Below are positions 45,503 to 55,252 of a DNA stretch of 64,000 bases, piece after piece. The stretch's first letter is position 1; each line of letters begins with the position of its first letter. Location of the stretch: positions 1-64,000 of IMG/VR virus record IMGVR_UViG_3300042894_002769; one strand, given 5' to 3'. Below the pieces are notes generated by a model. That model was given only the letters and a program-made list of their open reading frames with translations, was not told where the DNA came from and ran no database searches. The translations under genes and the position numbers were made by a program. The DNA is from a virus.

Positions 45503-45753
45503 GTTTACTAACTGAACAACAACTTGAGGACATTATGTCAAATGTCCATGTTTGCGATGAAGATTGGTTTGAAAGTTTACTTAGAAAATGGAACGACAGG
45601 CAATCTGACTTCCCAGAACCAAAATGGCAAACAGCACCTAAAAATGCAGTAGTTGCTCAGATAAGAGAATACTGGCTTGATGAAAATGACAATGTTATTG
45701 AATTCAATGTACTTAAACAAAGAGTAATCACAAAGGTGGAAGATGGACAATAA
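45499..45753 (+). CDS. Hypothetical protein
   Basis: Likely start MSLLTEQQ; PKWQTAPKNA motif. Confidence 0.6.
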   Translation: MSLLTEQQLEDIMSNVHVCDEDWFESLLRKWNDRQSDFPEPKWQTAPKNAVVAQIREYWLDENDNVIEFNVLKQRVITKVEDGQ

Positions 45754-46024
45754 AGATAAAACATTCCTGTTAGAACGTCGTGCAGCGTTGCTAAAACAGC
45801 AATTCGATATGATGGAGCAGGTTCAAGAAATTGATAGGTTATTAGAAGCAAATAATGCAAAGCCTAAGTGGAATCCTGAAGGCGGAGATTGGTGGATTAC
45901 CGGTAATAGTGACATCGTGCCTGCAACAGTGGCGACGCTGTTTGGTGCAAGACGACCAACTGAGCAACAAGCAGAACGCGCATATCAATTGAGATGCGTA
46001 GATTTAATCGTTTGCTTGCACTAA
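45743..46024 (+). pseudogene. Hypothetical protein, probably frameshifted near 45982
   Basis: After ...EQQAERA an alternative frame continues SIEMRRFNRLLALRDELCGYE. Confidence 0.45.
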
Positions 46025-46042
46025 GGGACGAGCTTTGCGGCT

Positions 46043-46327
46043 ATGAAATCAATTTTAATAATTTTTTTAATGTGCATGTCCAGCGTGACATTTGCACACG
46101 GTTCAAGTCACCAAACCAAATGGGAATATCACATTGATGATTTAGGCACGCCTTATATGCAATGCGGAAGACTGATGTATTCTGAATTATCTACATTGTT
46201 CGTCACTGTCGGTAATTTGCAGTATCGACTGCTACCAGAAATAATTGGTCGTGAAACAATGGCAGGTGCGGTTAAAGAAAAAGGTCAACGATGCTACGGG
46301 CATGGTTTTTATAATTCTTGGAGATAA
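46043..46327 (+). CDS. Hypothetical exported protein
   Basis: N-terminal signal peptide MKSILIIFLMCMSSVTFA. Confidence 0.6.
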   Translation: MKSILIIFLMCMSSVTFAHGSSHQTKWEYHIDDLGTPYMQCGRLMYSELSTLFVTVGNLQYRLLPEIIGRETMAGAVKEKGQRCYGHGFYNSWR

Positions 46328-46677
46328 TGATGGCAGTATTAAGTGAAAAACAAATTGAAGAACTCGTCGCTCTATTTGATGTATGGTGGAATGGTGAGCA
46401 GTCGTATCGTGATTATTTAACTGAGTGGAACGATAAGCAACCTACTCAGCAGCATGCGTCAAGTGATAAGCCACCTAACTCATCAATTGGCGTTTCTGAA
46501 ATAACCTTGCGTGACTATTTTGCAGTGGAAGCAAGTGATGTCGATGTTGACAAATTTATGCCTAAAACTGTTGGCGATTGGGACAAAATGCACAAAGAAG
46601 ACGGTGAAGCACGAACTCGACAACGTGCGAGATACCTCCATGCTGATGCAATGCTTAAAGCAAGGGGTCGAGTATGA
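46327..46677 (+). CDS. Hypothetical protein with TLRDYFA...ADAML motif
   Basis: RBS GGAG; motif shared with the next gene. Confidence 0.65.
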   Translation: MMAVLSEKQIEELVALFDVWWNGEQSYRDYLTEWNDKQPTQQHASSDKPPNSSIGVSEITLRDYFAVEASDVDVDKFMPKTVGDWDKMHKEDGEARTRQRARYLHADAMLKARGRV

Positions 46678-46931
46678 GTAAAATTAAAACTGGCGGTGCA
46701 GCATTTCCAAGTGGTGAGTCGTACAGTGTTAATGGTGCGATAAATCAAAAAGCGCCATTACACCAAGGCATGACCTTGCGCGATTATTTTGCAGCAAAAG
46801 CCATGCAAGCTGAAATAAATGAATACTCAGGCATACCGACGACAAAACAAGAATATTTGTTTGAAATTGCGGTAAACGCTTATGCTATGGCTGATGCAAT
46901 GCTTAAAATGAGGGATGTGGAAATTGAGTAA
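46674..46931 (+). CDS. Hypothetical protein with GGAAFP...GMTLRDYFAAKAMQ...AYAMADAML motif
   Basis: Common small phage protein family. Confidence 0.7.
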   Translation: MSKIKTGGAAFPSGESYSVNGAINQKAPLHQGMTLRDYFAAKAMQAEINEYSGIPTTKQEYLFEIAVNAYAMADAMLKMRDVEIE

Positions 46932-46941
46932 GGTGACGATT

Positions 46942-47451
46942 ATGCCAAATAATAACGATTTCAGAACCTATTTGCCGTCAGAAATTGAGTTTCGACAAAA
47001 CTTTGCGGCTGAGTATGTCAAAGATAATGACGCGGTAAATGCACTTATGCGCTGTGGAATGGTCGCAGTTTATGCCATGCAACACGCAGCGGAAATTATG
47101 GAAGAACCGTATGTTCAAGAATTAATCAGCAGAGAAAGTTTTAAATTTCAAGAACTTGATGCTACCAAAGAATTAAAAGAAGAATCCATTATGGAACTTC
47201 GACGAATTATTAGTAGTAAGACAGCAAAAGATAATGATAAAATATCTGCGATTTCAAAGTTAAGTTCTATTTACGGTTGGGAATCAAACGGTAACTCAGA
47301 GTTACCATCGGGCGTGATGATAGTGCCAGCAATGACTGATATTGATAGTTGGTCAACAATGGCAGTAGCGTCACAAGACATGTTACGCGAGAAAATGTAT
47401 GACATGGCTAAACAAATTGAGTTAAAGGAACAGGAAGATGTCGCAAAATGA
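46942..47451 (+). CDS. Putative terminase small subunit
   Basis: FAAEYVKDNDAVNALMRCG HTH-like start, KISAISKLSSIYG, GVMIVPAM..IDSW...A..SQ..L C-terminus. Confidence 0.6.
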   Translation: MPNNNDFRTYLPSEIEFRQNFAAEYVKDNDAVNALMRCGMVAVYAMQHAAEIMEEPYVQELISRESFKFQELDATKELKEESIMELRRIISSKTAKDNDKISAISKLSSIYGWESNGNSELPSGVMIVPAMTDIDSWSTMAVASQDMLREKMYDMAKQIELKEQEDVAK

Positions 47452-47809
47452 TGTTGTCTTACCTTTATCGAAAAAGCACATCGAAGTAATCAAATTTAAG
47501 CTCGCGTTGCAATACGCAGCTGACAAAGAATACACATGTTTGAAAAATGTTAATGCGCTAGTCAACATGGACTATGTGTTTTTTACTGTTAAGATGATAA
47601 ATAATCACATTGAAAAAGCAATCATGCAAGGACATGACACGGTTTGTATTGAATGTGGGCATATTCATTTTGATGGTATTCGCAAAGTTGAATGGGATAT
47701 GGTCATGATGCTTTTTGAAGAAGCTGATGCTTTTAAGATACGTTCACAAGAGTTTCAAATTACGCCAAATTTACCATCACGAAGAATCACAATTTACTGG
47801 GAGAAGTAA
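47438..47809 (+). CDS. Hypothetical protein
   Basis: 123-aa coupled ORF. Confidence 0.55.
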   Translation: MSQNDVVLPLSKKHIEVIKFKLALQYAADKEYTCLKNVNALVNMDYVFFTVKMINNHIEKAIMQGHDTVCIECGHIHFDGIRKVEWDMVMMLFEEADAFKIRSQEFQITPNLPSRRITIYWEK

Positions 47810-47810
47810 G

Positions 47811-48767
47811 ATGTCAAAAGAATATTTAATTAACAAAATAGTCTATCACGACTATGCTGAGGGGTTTCAAGAGTTAATTGATATTGAAAAACTATTATCA
47901 AAATTTCCAACAGATGCTGTCATTGCTTTAGCAATCGATACATGCACTGATGTTGAAGCAATAGCCAGACACGGTAAACCGTCTGATAATGCAGCATTAG
48001 TGCGTAAATTATTGCTTTTAGTTGCGCTGGATTCTGAAGTACCGCCTATGATGGATAATAAAGCCATTGCCAATAAGATTGTTCATATTATGCGTAAATC
48101 TTTTATAGATAAATCATCAGCACTTGATTTACGCGATGCTATTTGCAATGCAATAACTGAGTATTTTCCAAGAAATACCACATCACTATTTCCTGACACT
48201 TTAAATGGACTTTATGAAAAATATCTTGTAGAAAATAAAAAAAGTATGCTTTTCACTGCTGGCGATTATGTTATCGATAAGAAAACTAAAGTCACCTATT
48301 TCATCACTACTTGTGAATATATAAAAGTTACAAAATGCGTGCAGCATACACTTTCAATTGTGCGCAATGGTATAACTACAACAATTGGTGTGTACGACAA
48401 TGATATTTATGACAAATTTGAATTAATTGAAACCAAACCTCAGCGTAATCAAATTTATCAATTAAGACTTGGTGATTTAAAAGTTAGAGTTTTAAAAGTT
48501 ACCAATCAAACTGTTTATTATGAAAACTTATATAACGTATCTTTACTTAGTCAGTGTGAACTAGAAAAGTTTATTCAAATATATAAACAAGTGAAAGTAT
48601 TTGCAGGCGAAAAATGGATGGTCGATGGTGTAGTACAGGGTAATATTGTTTTAGTAAACACTAATGCCGACCATGTGACAAATGTTGTTATAAAGCAAAA
48701 CAACGCTTCGTCAACTATTAGAATATTGCTTTCGTCATTCGTAAATTATCAACCAACCGAGGAATAA
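47811..48767 (+). CDS. Hypothetical protein with repeated SH3/KOW-like C-terminal modules
   Basis: Likely start MSKEY at 47811 (RBS GGAG). Confidence 0.6.
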   Translation: MSKEYLINKIVYHDYAEGFQELIDIEKLLSKFPTDAVIALAIDTCTDVEAIARHGKPSDNAALVRKLLLLVALDSEVPPMMDNKAIANKIVHIMRKSFIDKSSALDLRDAICNAITEYFPRNTTSLFPDTLNGLYEKYLVENKKSMLFTAGDYVIDKKTKVTYFITTCEYIKVTKCVQHTLSIVRNGITTTIGVYDNDIYDKFELIETKPQRNQIYQLRLGDLKVRVLKVTNQTVYYENLYNVSLLSQCELEKFIQIYKQVKVFAGEKWMVDGVVQGNIVLVNTNADHVTNVVIKQNNASSTIRILLSSFVNYQPTEE

Positions 48768-48768
48768 A

Positions 48769-49029
48769 ATGTCAAATTTAATTAATTTAGTTATGCTTTG
48801 TATCGTAGCATTCGCTATGTCTTTGCACTATCCATCAGAAGCACTTTTTGTCGAACAATTTGTTATTTTGGTGCAAGGTTTTACCTATATTGTTGTATTA
48901 AGATTTATTCAAAGTGAATCGGTAAAATTAGCATTTAGCTTTTTGTCATTTCAGTTACTGCATATCGGTACAGCATTTGCGTTAGGCTTAGGATATGTTT
49001 TAATCACAAGTCCTATGACATTAGGTTAA
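48769..49029 (+). CDS. Small membrane protein
   Basis: Three hydrophobic segments. Confidence 0.6.
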   Translation: MSNLINLVMLCIVAFAMSLHYPSEALFVEQFVILVQGFTYIVVLRFIQSESVKLAFSFLSFQLLHIGTAFALGLGYVLITSPMTLG

Positions 49030-49031
49030 AA

Positions 49032-49283
49032 ATGAATATCACGCATATATACCAAAGTTTAACACCTTATTTGCGTGATAGATTTTGCAGTGAAGTTTTT
49101 ACGCTTGGTTTGGTACACGAGTTAAATCAAGCCAAGTATGAAGCGCATTGCAGAAGGCTTATCAAGCAACACAACGGGTCATCGCGTACACTTTATAAAG
49201 CGATGATGAATCTTGATTTAGAGCAAAGAAAACGCTTTTTTGATGTGATTAGTGGAGTATTGGAACATGAGCTTACCAATTAA
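49032..49283 (+). CDS. Hypothetical protein
   Basis: 83-aa ORF in operon. Confidence 0.6.
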   Translation: MNITHIYQSLTPYLRDRFCSEVFTLGLVHELNQAKYEAHCRRLIKQHNGSSRTLYKAMMNLDLEQRKRFFDVISGVLEHELTN

Positions 49284-49905
49284 CGGATTATTGCCGACGG
49301 AAGAAGAAACAGCGATACCAGTTTATGTGCAAATTGAATCTATTGTAAATGACCCTTACGCAATTTTGCGTGACTATTTTAAATATTCACCCGAAACAGG
49401 TGTTATTTCTCGCACACAGTGTTATCAATCGCGCTTTATTGGTAAACCAACGCTGATAAAAAGCCAAGCAGGTGACAACTTTCAAGTTTACATAATGCTT
49501 GGTAAAAAACGAAAAGTATTTGCTGCGTGGAAGGTAGCAACATATTTGATGACTGGGATATTTCCAAATAAAAATTACGTCGTGCATTTTATGGATGGCG
49601 ATAAAAGTAATCTTTGCGCACAAAATCTATCAGTCATACCAAAAACATTTGCGACGCATTTAAATAACAATTTAATGGGTGAGAATCTATCGGTAAAACA
49701 AAATGGTAAACGGTTTGTGGTTGCCATAAAAAGAAATTCTGACCATCGATACCTAGGTACTTATGATTCTGAAAAAGAAGCACGGGTTGTGTATATGCGC
49801 GAGAAATTGCGCCTACGCAATGAAATTTTAGAAATTGTAAAGTTATCAAGACTTAATGTTGTTTCCATCACCAAGAGGTTATATCAACCATGTGCGATAC
49901 AGTAG
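49267..49905 (+). CDS. HNH endonuclease-like protein with AP2-like C-terminus (HNH motif degenerate)
   Basis: LRDYFKYSPETG; VVHFMDGDKSNLCAQNL; RYLGTYDSEKEARVVY. Confidence 0.7.
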   Translation: MSLPINGLLPTEEETAIPVYVQIESIVNDPYAILRDYFKYSPETGVISRTQCYQSRFIGKPTLIKSQAGDNFQVYIMLGKKRKVFAAWKVATYLMTGIFPNKNYVVHFMDGDKSNLCAQNLSVIPKTFATHLNNNLMGENLSVKQNGKRFVVAIKRNSDHRYLGTYDSEKEARVVYMREKLRLRNEILEIVKLSRLNVVSITKRLYQPCAIQ

Positions 49906-50195
49906 CTAGAATTGTTGTTGTTGTTTTACCTGATGATATTGATTTTTCAATTTATGTTTCGATGACACTTACTGGAAGTCTTATTCCAGCTACATTTCAC
50001 GATGATATTGACGACAATCGTGAAATTGATGTGACCGATATTAAATTTGAAGAAGGTTATAGCGAGTATGACACTTGCGATTTTAAAGAAAAGGTCTATA
50101 ATTACGTTAACTATCACTTGCCAAGAATTTTTAATGAAGTGCAACGTGATAGTGATTTGATTTTTCTACCACACAGATTAAAGGTCACAACATGA
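49890..50195 (+). CDS. Hypothetical acidic protein
   Basis: 101 aa with RBS GAGG. Confidence 0.55.
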   Translation: MCDTVARIVVVVLPDDIDFSIYVSMTLTGSLIPATFHDDIDDNREIDVTDIKFEEGYSEYDTCDFKEKVYNYVNYHLPRIFNEVQRDSDLIFLPHRLKVTT

Positions 50196-50389
50196 AGTTT
50201 GATAAAAACAGTTTGATTATGGGAATCATTCTAGGTATTTTGCTGAGTGTATTTTCCGTTTGGCTATTGCCATTTTATATGGTTCACGACGCTGATATTG
50301 GCGGCTTTGTGTTCCGCGATAACAAAGTCTATGAGCTAACTGAAATGCTCAACGAACCGCCACAACAGACACAACAACGGGTAAAATAA
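50192..50389 (+). CDS. Small membrane-anchored protein
   Basis: N-terminal TM helix. Confidence 0.55.
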   Translation: MKFDKNSLIMGIILGILLSVFSVWLLPFYMVHDADIGGFVFRDNKVYELTEMLNEPPQQTQQRVK

Positions 50390-50583
50390 TGATTAATGAA
50401 TATTTAAAATTTATACTATTCACAGTAGTTTTAGCTGCGTTTAATGTAAAGATTCTTGACATGTCGCTTAAAGAATCTATTGATTTATCAATGCTTTCAA
50501 TTGCAGTTGTATCAGTGATTGAGCTGAAATTCCATGTCAAGCGCATTTTGAAACAATTGCGCGAACTTGATATTCTTGATTAA
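50389..50583 (+). CDS. Small membrane protein
   Basis: Two hydrophobic stretches; coupled. Confidence 0.5.
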   Translation: MINEYLKFILFTVVLAAFNVKILDMSLKESIDLSMLSIAVVSVIELKFHVKRILKQLRELDILD

Positions 50584-50683
50584 CACCACAAAAGGTAAAA
50601 CCATGCGATTAAATAAAACAATGCAAGAAGTCTTCCTGTTGCAACTAACATTATCACAGACTTAAAACAATTGGGGTGGAAAA

Positions 50684-51022
50684 ATGGCAAATAAAATATT
50701 ATTAAATGTCGGCTATAACCGATACATCAAACTGCCAGAAGTTGCGACAGCTGAGTTTATTGTTGCGTTGCTCGGTGTGAAATCGTATTACGAAAAAAGT
50801 TACCAAACTGGTAAATTTACAGCGTTTAAATGTGATGGAGCTAGTGACATAGCTGAAATAATCTCAGTTGATGAAAACGAACTGCCTGATACAAATCCTC
50901 AAATAGTCGAAATGAATGACATTATGGCTGAAAACAATCGTTTGACGCGAGAAAATGAAATGCTCTTGAACAAACTAAAAGAATTATCACCATCTGAAGA
51001 AACTGCTGTGGTAGTGCTATGA
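50684..51022 (+). CDS. Hypothetical protein with C-terminal coiled coil
   Basis: 112-aa ORF. Confidence 0.6.
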   Translation: MANKILLNVGYNRYIKLPEVATAEFIVALLGVKSYYEKSYQTGKFTAFKCDGASDIAEIISVDENELPDTNPQIVEMNDIMAENNRLTRENEMLLNKLKELSPSEETAVVVL

Positions 51023-51390
51023 CTCTTGAAAAGTTGATTATCATTTTGAAGTCACATGAGTTTCAAAATAGTAAGAATATATCCATCATTCATGACTTTT
51101 TTGAAAAATTCACGGCTTTAACTATTAATCCCGAAGACGATTGGACTAACACTCACTTAATTCGTATCGGTAGTGAAATGGCTGATGCTATTGTTCAAAC
51201 AGGCGTGCAATGTGAAGTGAAAATCCCAAGTAGTCACACAATTCAAGGTTTATACTTTGGATTATTGATGAGCTATGACGAGCCTTGGTTACAGTTTTCT
51301 GAAGTTGGGCAAGATGGTAAATTAGTTCGGTGTGTCGCACCATTGTTTTTTAATGGTGAACACAAATATGTTTGGCATGGCTTGACTTAA
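51019..51390 (+). CDS. Hypothetical protein
   Basis: 123-aa coupled ORF. Confidence 0.6.
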   Translation: MTLEKLIIILKSHEFQNSKNISIIHDFFEKFTALTINPEDDWTNTHLIRIGSEMADAIVQTGVQCEVKIPSSHTIQGLYFGLLMSYDEPWLQFSEVGQDGKLVRCVAPLFFNGEHKYVWHGLT

Positions 51391-51454
51391 AGCATATTAT
51401 GATTTAGTATGACACATCGCTTAGTTGTTGAATCACTAAGCGATGTTTTTTTTT
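51382..51454 (+). promoter_or_regulatory. Promoter TTGACT-17-TAGTAT overlapping an intrinsic terminator
   Basis: Hairpin ACATCGCTTAG...CTAAGCGATGT plus T-run at 51414-51454. Confidence 0.65.
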
Positions 51455-51471
51455 CACCAAGGAGAAATTTT

Positions 51472-51534
51472 ATGTTTTCAATTTTAGGTATATCTGTGCT
51501 TTGCTTTTTTGTTGTTGTTTTTTTGTGGCTATAG
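51472..51534 (+). CDS. 20-aa hydrophobic peptide
   Basis: MFSILGISVLCFFVVVFLWL behind a strong AAGGAG RBS. Confidence 0.5.
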   Translation: MFSILGISVLCFFVVVFLWL

Positions 51535-51571
51535 GAAATTGTAATGAATAAATTAACTAACGGGCAATAAA

Positions 51572-53893
51572 ATGAAAATTACACCTTCAAAACATCAATT
51601 AGCAATTTTTGACCATATTCAAAATTCTAAAAACAATCTGCTGGTACAAGCCTGTGCCGGTAGTGGTAAGACGACTACTATTTTAGGTTGTCTTGAATTA
51701 ATACCGCCATCAGAATCTGTTTTATTATTGGCATTCAATAAATCTATTGTTGAAACATTAGTCAAACGCGCTCCGACAACAGCAGATATTAAGACGTTCA
51801 ATTCTGTTGGCAATAGCCTTGTGACTCGATATATGGGTAAAGTCACACTGACACCTAATAAGATTCGTGAAATCGTTTACAGCTATGGTCTTGAAAAAGA
51901 AACTGGCGAAGCCTTAATCAAAATTATTGAGCTATGTAAGCGATTAAACATTGCTCTCGATGGTGGCTGTGCGACGCTTTTAACACCTGAGATAATGGAG
52001 TACATAATCTCACGATTCGGCATCCCTGTTCCTAAAACATTCAATCGTGAAAAGCTATTTAACCTAGTCAGCGACGGTCTATTGCGAAACATTTACATGG
52101 CTGTTGAAAACAAAATCATTGATTACGATGACCAAGTGTTTTTGCCAATTTATCGTGGTTGGGAATCGGTGCGCTACGATTGGGTATTTGTTGATGAAGC
52201 TCAGGACATCTCGCCAATTAGAACAGCATTGCTAGAAAAGCATTTAAAGCATGATGCTCGTATGATTGCTGTTGGAGATAAGTGTCATCCAGTTGGAACA
52301 AAAGTAACCAGATATTCAAAAAATGGTGAGAGATATGAAACAAATATTGAAGACCTTGAAATAGGCGATATGGTTACGACATACCGTACTCATGATTGTG
52401 CATTTAGAAACCAAGGTAATGTGGTAAATGGTAAAACAATAAGACCGTTTGAAGGTGAGCTAGTAATTGTCACAACGATAAGCGGTGAGGAAAGTAGATA
52501 TACGCCAAATCATATATGTTTAGCTAATTTTGAATCGCATCGAAATAAACATGCTGTGTATTTAATGCGAAAAGGTAATCAATATCGCATAGGTAAGTGT
52601 TCAATGTCATATCATAGGGCAAGTGGGTTATCTGCTAGAATGCGCTCAGAATCTGCTGAAGCTATCTGGCTTTTAGACTTATACGACACTGAGAATGAAG
52701 CATTTTTTTGGGAGCAAGCTATCTCAGGTAAATTCGGAATACCTCAACTAATGTTCGACTCTAACAAAATGAATCGTGAACACGCACATCGACTTTTAAG
52801 TAAAGCGTGGGAGTTTATAGGTGATAATAGCGATAGAGCTAATGTCATACTTCGTTATTATAAACGTGACATAAATTACCCATTGTTTGATATTAAAAGC
52901 AAAGCGCAAATGACAATGAAGCGTCCAATTCTGGTAAGAGCTTGTAATTTGATAGATGGCACTAGAGTCCTCCCGTTTAAAAAAGATAGAACTTCAACTC
53001 ATGTTAGAAAAATAGAATGGGAAGAAATTAAAATCAGTTATGCGGAATATCGAGGTGATGTTGTATCACTTGATGTATCGGGAAATAGTTTATATGTTGC
53101 CGACAATATTGTGACACATAATTGCCAAGCAATTTATGGCTTTACCGGCTCAACAGCGAGAGCTATGGACGAATTAAAGAGCAAATTTAACTGTGACCAG
53201 CTACCATTGTCAGTGAGTTATCGATGCCCTGTAGCTGTTGTTGCAGAAGCTGCTAAACTCGTCCCAGTGATTGAGCATGCTGAAAATGCGGAAGAAGGTT
53301 CAGTAACCGATTTAACGCAAATCGAAGCTAAAATTAAAATTTCAACATTAAGTGAGTATGACATTATACTATGTCGGACTAACGCGCCATTATCAGCATT
53401 GGCATGGAAGTTAATTCAGGCAAGGATACCTGTGAGTATTCTTGGTCGTGACATTGGTAAAAATTTAATGGTACTGATTGATTCATTTAGAACCAATGAC
53501 ATTATTGAAATGACAACCAAATTAAAAGCGTGGCTTAATTTGCAATTGGATAAATATGCTGATAATGAAATGATGCAAAGTAACGTGCTTGACCGATACC
53601 AAAGCATCATGTGTTTTGCCGAAGATAGTCTTGATGTCCCATCAATGAAACGGACTATTGAAGAATTATTTTCTGATGATTTAAGTGATTCAAAATTGGT
53701 TTTATCGAGTATTCACAAGTCAAAAGGTATGGAATTTAACAATGTTGCAATTTTAAATCCTGAATTAATACCTATCAAATATGCCAAGCAGGATTGGCAA
53801 TTGGAGCAAGAACGTAATTTAAAATATGTAGCGATTACACGAGCGATAAAATCACTGGTATATTTCAAAGATACGCAACTCACAAGTAATTAG
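51572..53893 (+). CDS. UvrD/Rep-like SF1 helicase with intein
   Basis: ACAGSGKTT, VDEAQD, AVGDK|intein|CQAIYGF, SYRCP, SIHKSKGMEF, YVAITRA. Confidence 0.92.
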   Translation: MKITPSKHQLAIFDHIQNSKNNLLVQACAGSGKTTTILGCLELIPPSESVLLLAFNKSIVETLVKRAPTTADIKTFNSVGNSLVTRYMGKVTLTPNKIREIVYSYGLEKETGEALIKIIELCKRLNIALDGGCATLLTPEIMEYIISRFGIPVPKTFNREKLFNLVSDGLLRNIYMAVENKIIDYDDQVFLPIYRGWESVRYDWVFVDEAQDISPIRTALLEKHLKHDARMIAVGDKCHPVGTKVTRYSKNGERYETNIEDLEIGDMVTTYRTHDCAFRNQGNVVNGKTIRPFEGELVIVTTISGEESRYTPNHICLANFESHRNKHAVYLMRKGNQYRIGKCSMSYHRASGLSARMRSESAEAIWLLDLYDTENEAFFWEQAISGKFGIPQLMFDSNKMNREHAHRLLSKAWEFIGDNSDRANVILRYYKRDINYPLFDIKSKAQMTMKRPILVRACNLIDGTRVLPFKKDRTSTHVRKIEWEEIKISYAEYRGDVVSLDVSGNSLYVADNIVTHNCQAIYGFTGSTARAMDELKSKFNCDQLPLSVSYRCPVAVVAEAAKLVPVIEHAENAEEGSVTDLTQIEAKIKISTLSEYDIILCRTNAPLSALAWKLIQARIPVSILGRDIGKNLMVLIDSFRTNDIIEMTTKLKAWLNLQLDKYADNEMMQSNVLDRYQSIMCFAEDSLDVPSMKRTIEELFSDDLSDSKLVLSSIHKSKGMEFNNVAILNPELIPIKYAKQDWQLEQERNLKYVAITRAIKSLVYFKDTQLTSN
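52283..53122 (+). mobile_element. Intein (280 aa) in helicase motif III
   Basis: Starts CHPVGT, block B YTPNH, ends NIVTHN, +1 Cys; removal restores GDxxQ. Confidence 0.92.
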
Positions 53894-53901
53894 GAATCAC
53901 T

Positions 53902-54162
53902 ATGGCAAGAACAATATTATCCTTCAGAGTAACTGGGGAAGAATACGCGCAATTAAAAGCATTAGGCGCAAGCACTCACATTCGAGCAAAGTTAAATGAA
54001 TGGTCAAAAACTGAAGAACCGCCAGTTTTAAAACCAAGAGTAGGTGCTTTAATGGCAGTTATCAACTGCAAGGTCAACACCCGTGATTATGAGTTTTACC
54101 GTCAAAGTGCGAATAAGTACAACATGACGATTTCAGAATTTGTTAAAGCAATAGTGCTTTAA
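53902..54162 (+). CDS. Small DNA-binding protein (tandem RHH-like)
   Basis: ILSFRVTGEEYAQLK and VINCKVNTRDY...MTISEFVK. Confidence 0.6.
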   Translation: MARTILSFRVTGEEYAQLKALGASTHIRAKLNEWSKTEEPPVLKPRVGALMAVINCKVNTRDYEFYRQSANKYNMTISEFVKAIVL

Positions 54163-54195
54163 AATTATATTAGGTTTACAAACGTGAATAAAATG

Positions 54196-54224
54196 TTGCA
54201 TAAAAATTATCAAACTGTTAGTAT
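54196..54224 (+). promoter_or_regulatory. Sigma70-like promoter of the recombination operon
   Basis: TTGCAT-17-TAGTAT with extended TG; shares TAGTATGACAC with the 51.4-kb promoter. Confidence 0.7.
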
Positions 54225-54257
54225 GACACTTTATTTACACCACACGAGGATTTACAA

Positions 54258-55250
54258 ATGGCTTTAAAAATTGTACCAGAAGATGCACCGATTGCAGGAA
54301 TTCGCGCTGTTTTTTATGGCGGTGAAGGTATCGGTAAAACAACAACTGCATGTAGCGCACCAAGTCCACTTTTAGTTCGCATTGAAGATGGTGCGACATC
54401 GGTTGACAGAAAAAAAGTAATGATGACTGAGATTCACCGTGAAGCAATCGACGTTATTGAAACGACCAAAGATTTAGTAAAATGCTACGATGCTGAGAAA
54501 AAACAGTTAATCGTAAATGGTCGTGTGATTAAAACGATTGTTTATGATTCGGTCACAGCATTAGAGCGTAAAGTCCATGCGGCTATTATTAAGACTGACC
54601 AATACTGGCAACCAAACAATCCAAAGAACGTCACAATGGAATCAGCTGGCAATGGTTACGCTAGTGCGTACCAAGTTGCTAATGAGTTTTTTGTTGATTT
54701 TCTTCAACGCTTAGAGTTTTTTAAGAATCGTGGCATTAACATAATTTTAATTGCTCACAGTTTAAATAGCATTGAACGCGATACAATTGCCGGTAGCGAG
54801 TATTCAATGACAAACTTAGCATTGCATTCACCTAATAACGGTAAAGCCAACGGTAAGCGTGAAACAGTCCGTGAATGGGCAGATTTAATTGGTTATTTAC
54901 ACATGCCTATCACAGTAAGTAAATCAAAAGGCAATAAGATGGCTTTGGCATCCACTAGCGGGTCAGTAACGCATGCAATGGCGGTCAATAAGTCAACACG
55001 TTATGTTGCTAAAAATCGTTACCACATTGATGAAATTGATTTGATTGAAATCAAAAAGTCAGCTGGTTGGAATTGCTTGGCAAAAGTTATTTTGGATTGT
55101 GACGGTAAAGATTACACAAATCCTGATTACCCAATGCCTGATGGTTTGATTACATCAACTGATGTTGAAAAAGAAATTAATACCGATGCGGCATTTGAAG
55201 AAAGCATTGAAACCACTGAAACCTATGCTGAAGAAATTATTGAGGATTAA
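54258..55250 (+). CDS. Sak4-like AAA ssDNA-annealing protein
   Basis: YGGEGIGKTT, IEDG, TIVYDSVTALE, ILIAHS, EWADLIGY, AKNRY. Confidence 0.85.
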   Translation: MALKIVPEDAPIAGIRAVFYGGEGIGKTTTACSAPSPLLVRIEDGATSVDRKKVMMTEIHREAIDVIETTKDLVKCYDAEKKQLIVNGRVIKTIVYDSVTALERKVHAAIIKTDQYWQPNNPKNVTMESAGNGYASAYQVANEFFVDFLQRLEFFKNRGINIILIAHSLNSIERDTIAGSEYSMTNLALHSPNNGKANGKRETVREWADLIGYLHMPITVSKSKGNKMALASTSGSVTHAMAVNKSTRYVAKNRYHIDEIDLIEIKKSAGWNCLAKVILDCDGKDYTNPDYPMPDGLITSTDVEKEINTDAAFEESIETTETYAEEIIED

Positions 55251-55252
55251 TC

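Noticed and set aside
50603-50665. 20-codon ORF MRLNKTMQEVFLLQLTLSQT as a functional gene
   Set aside because: Has an RBS but looks like the stub of a deleted gene; noted only as a possible sRNA-matching site.
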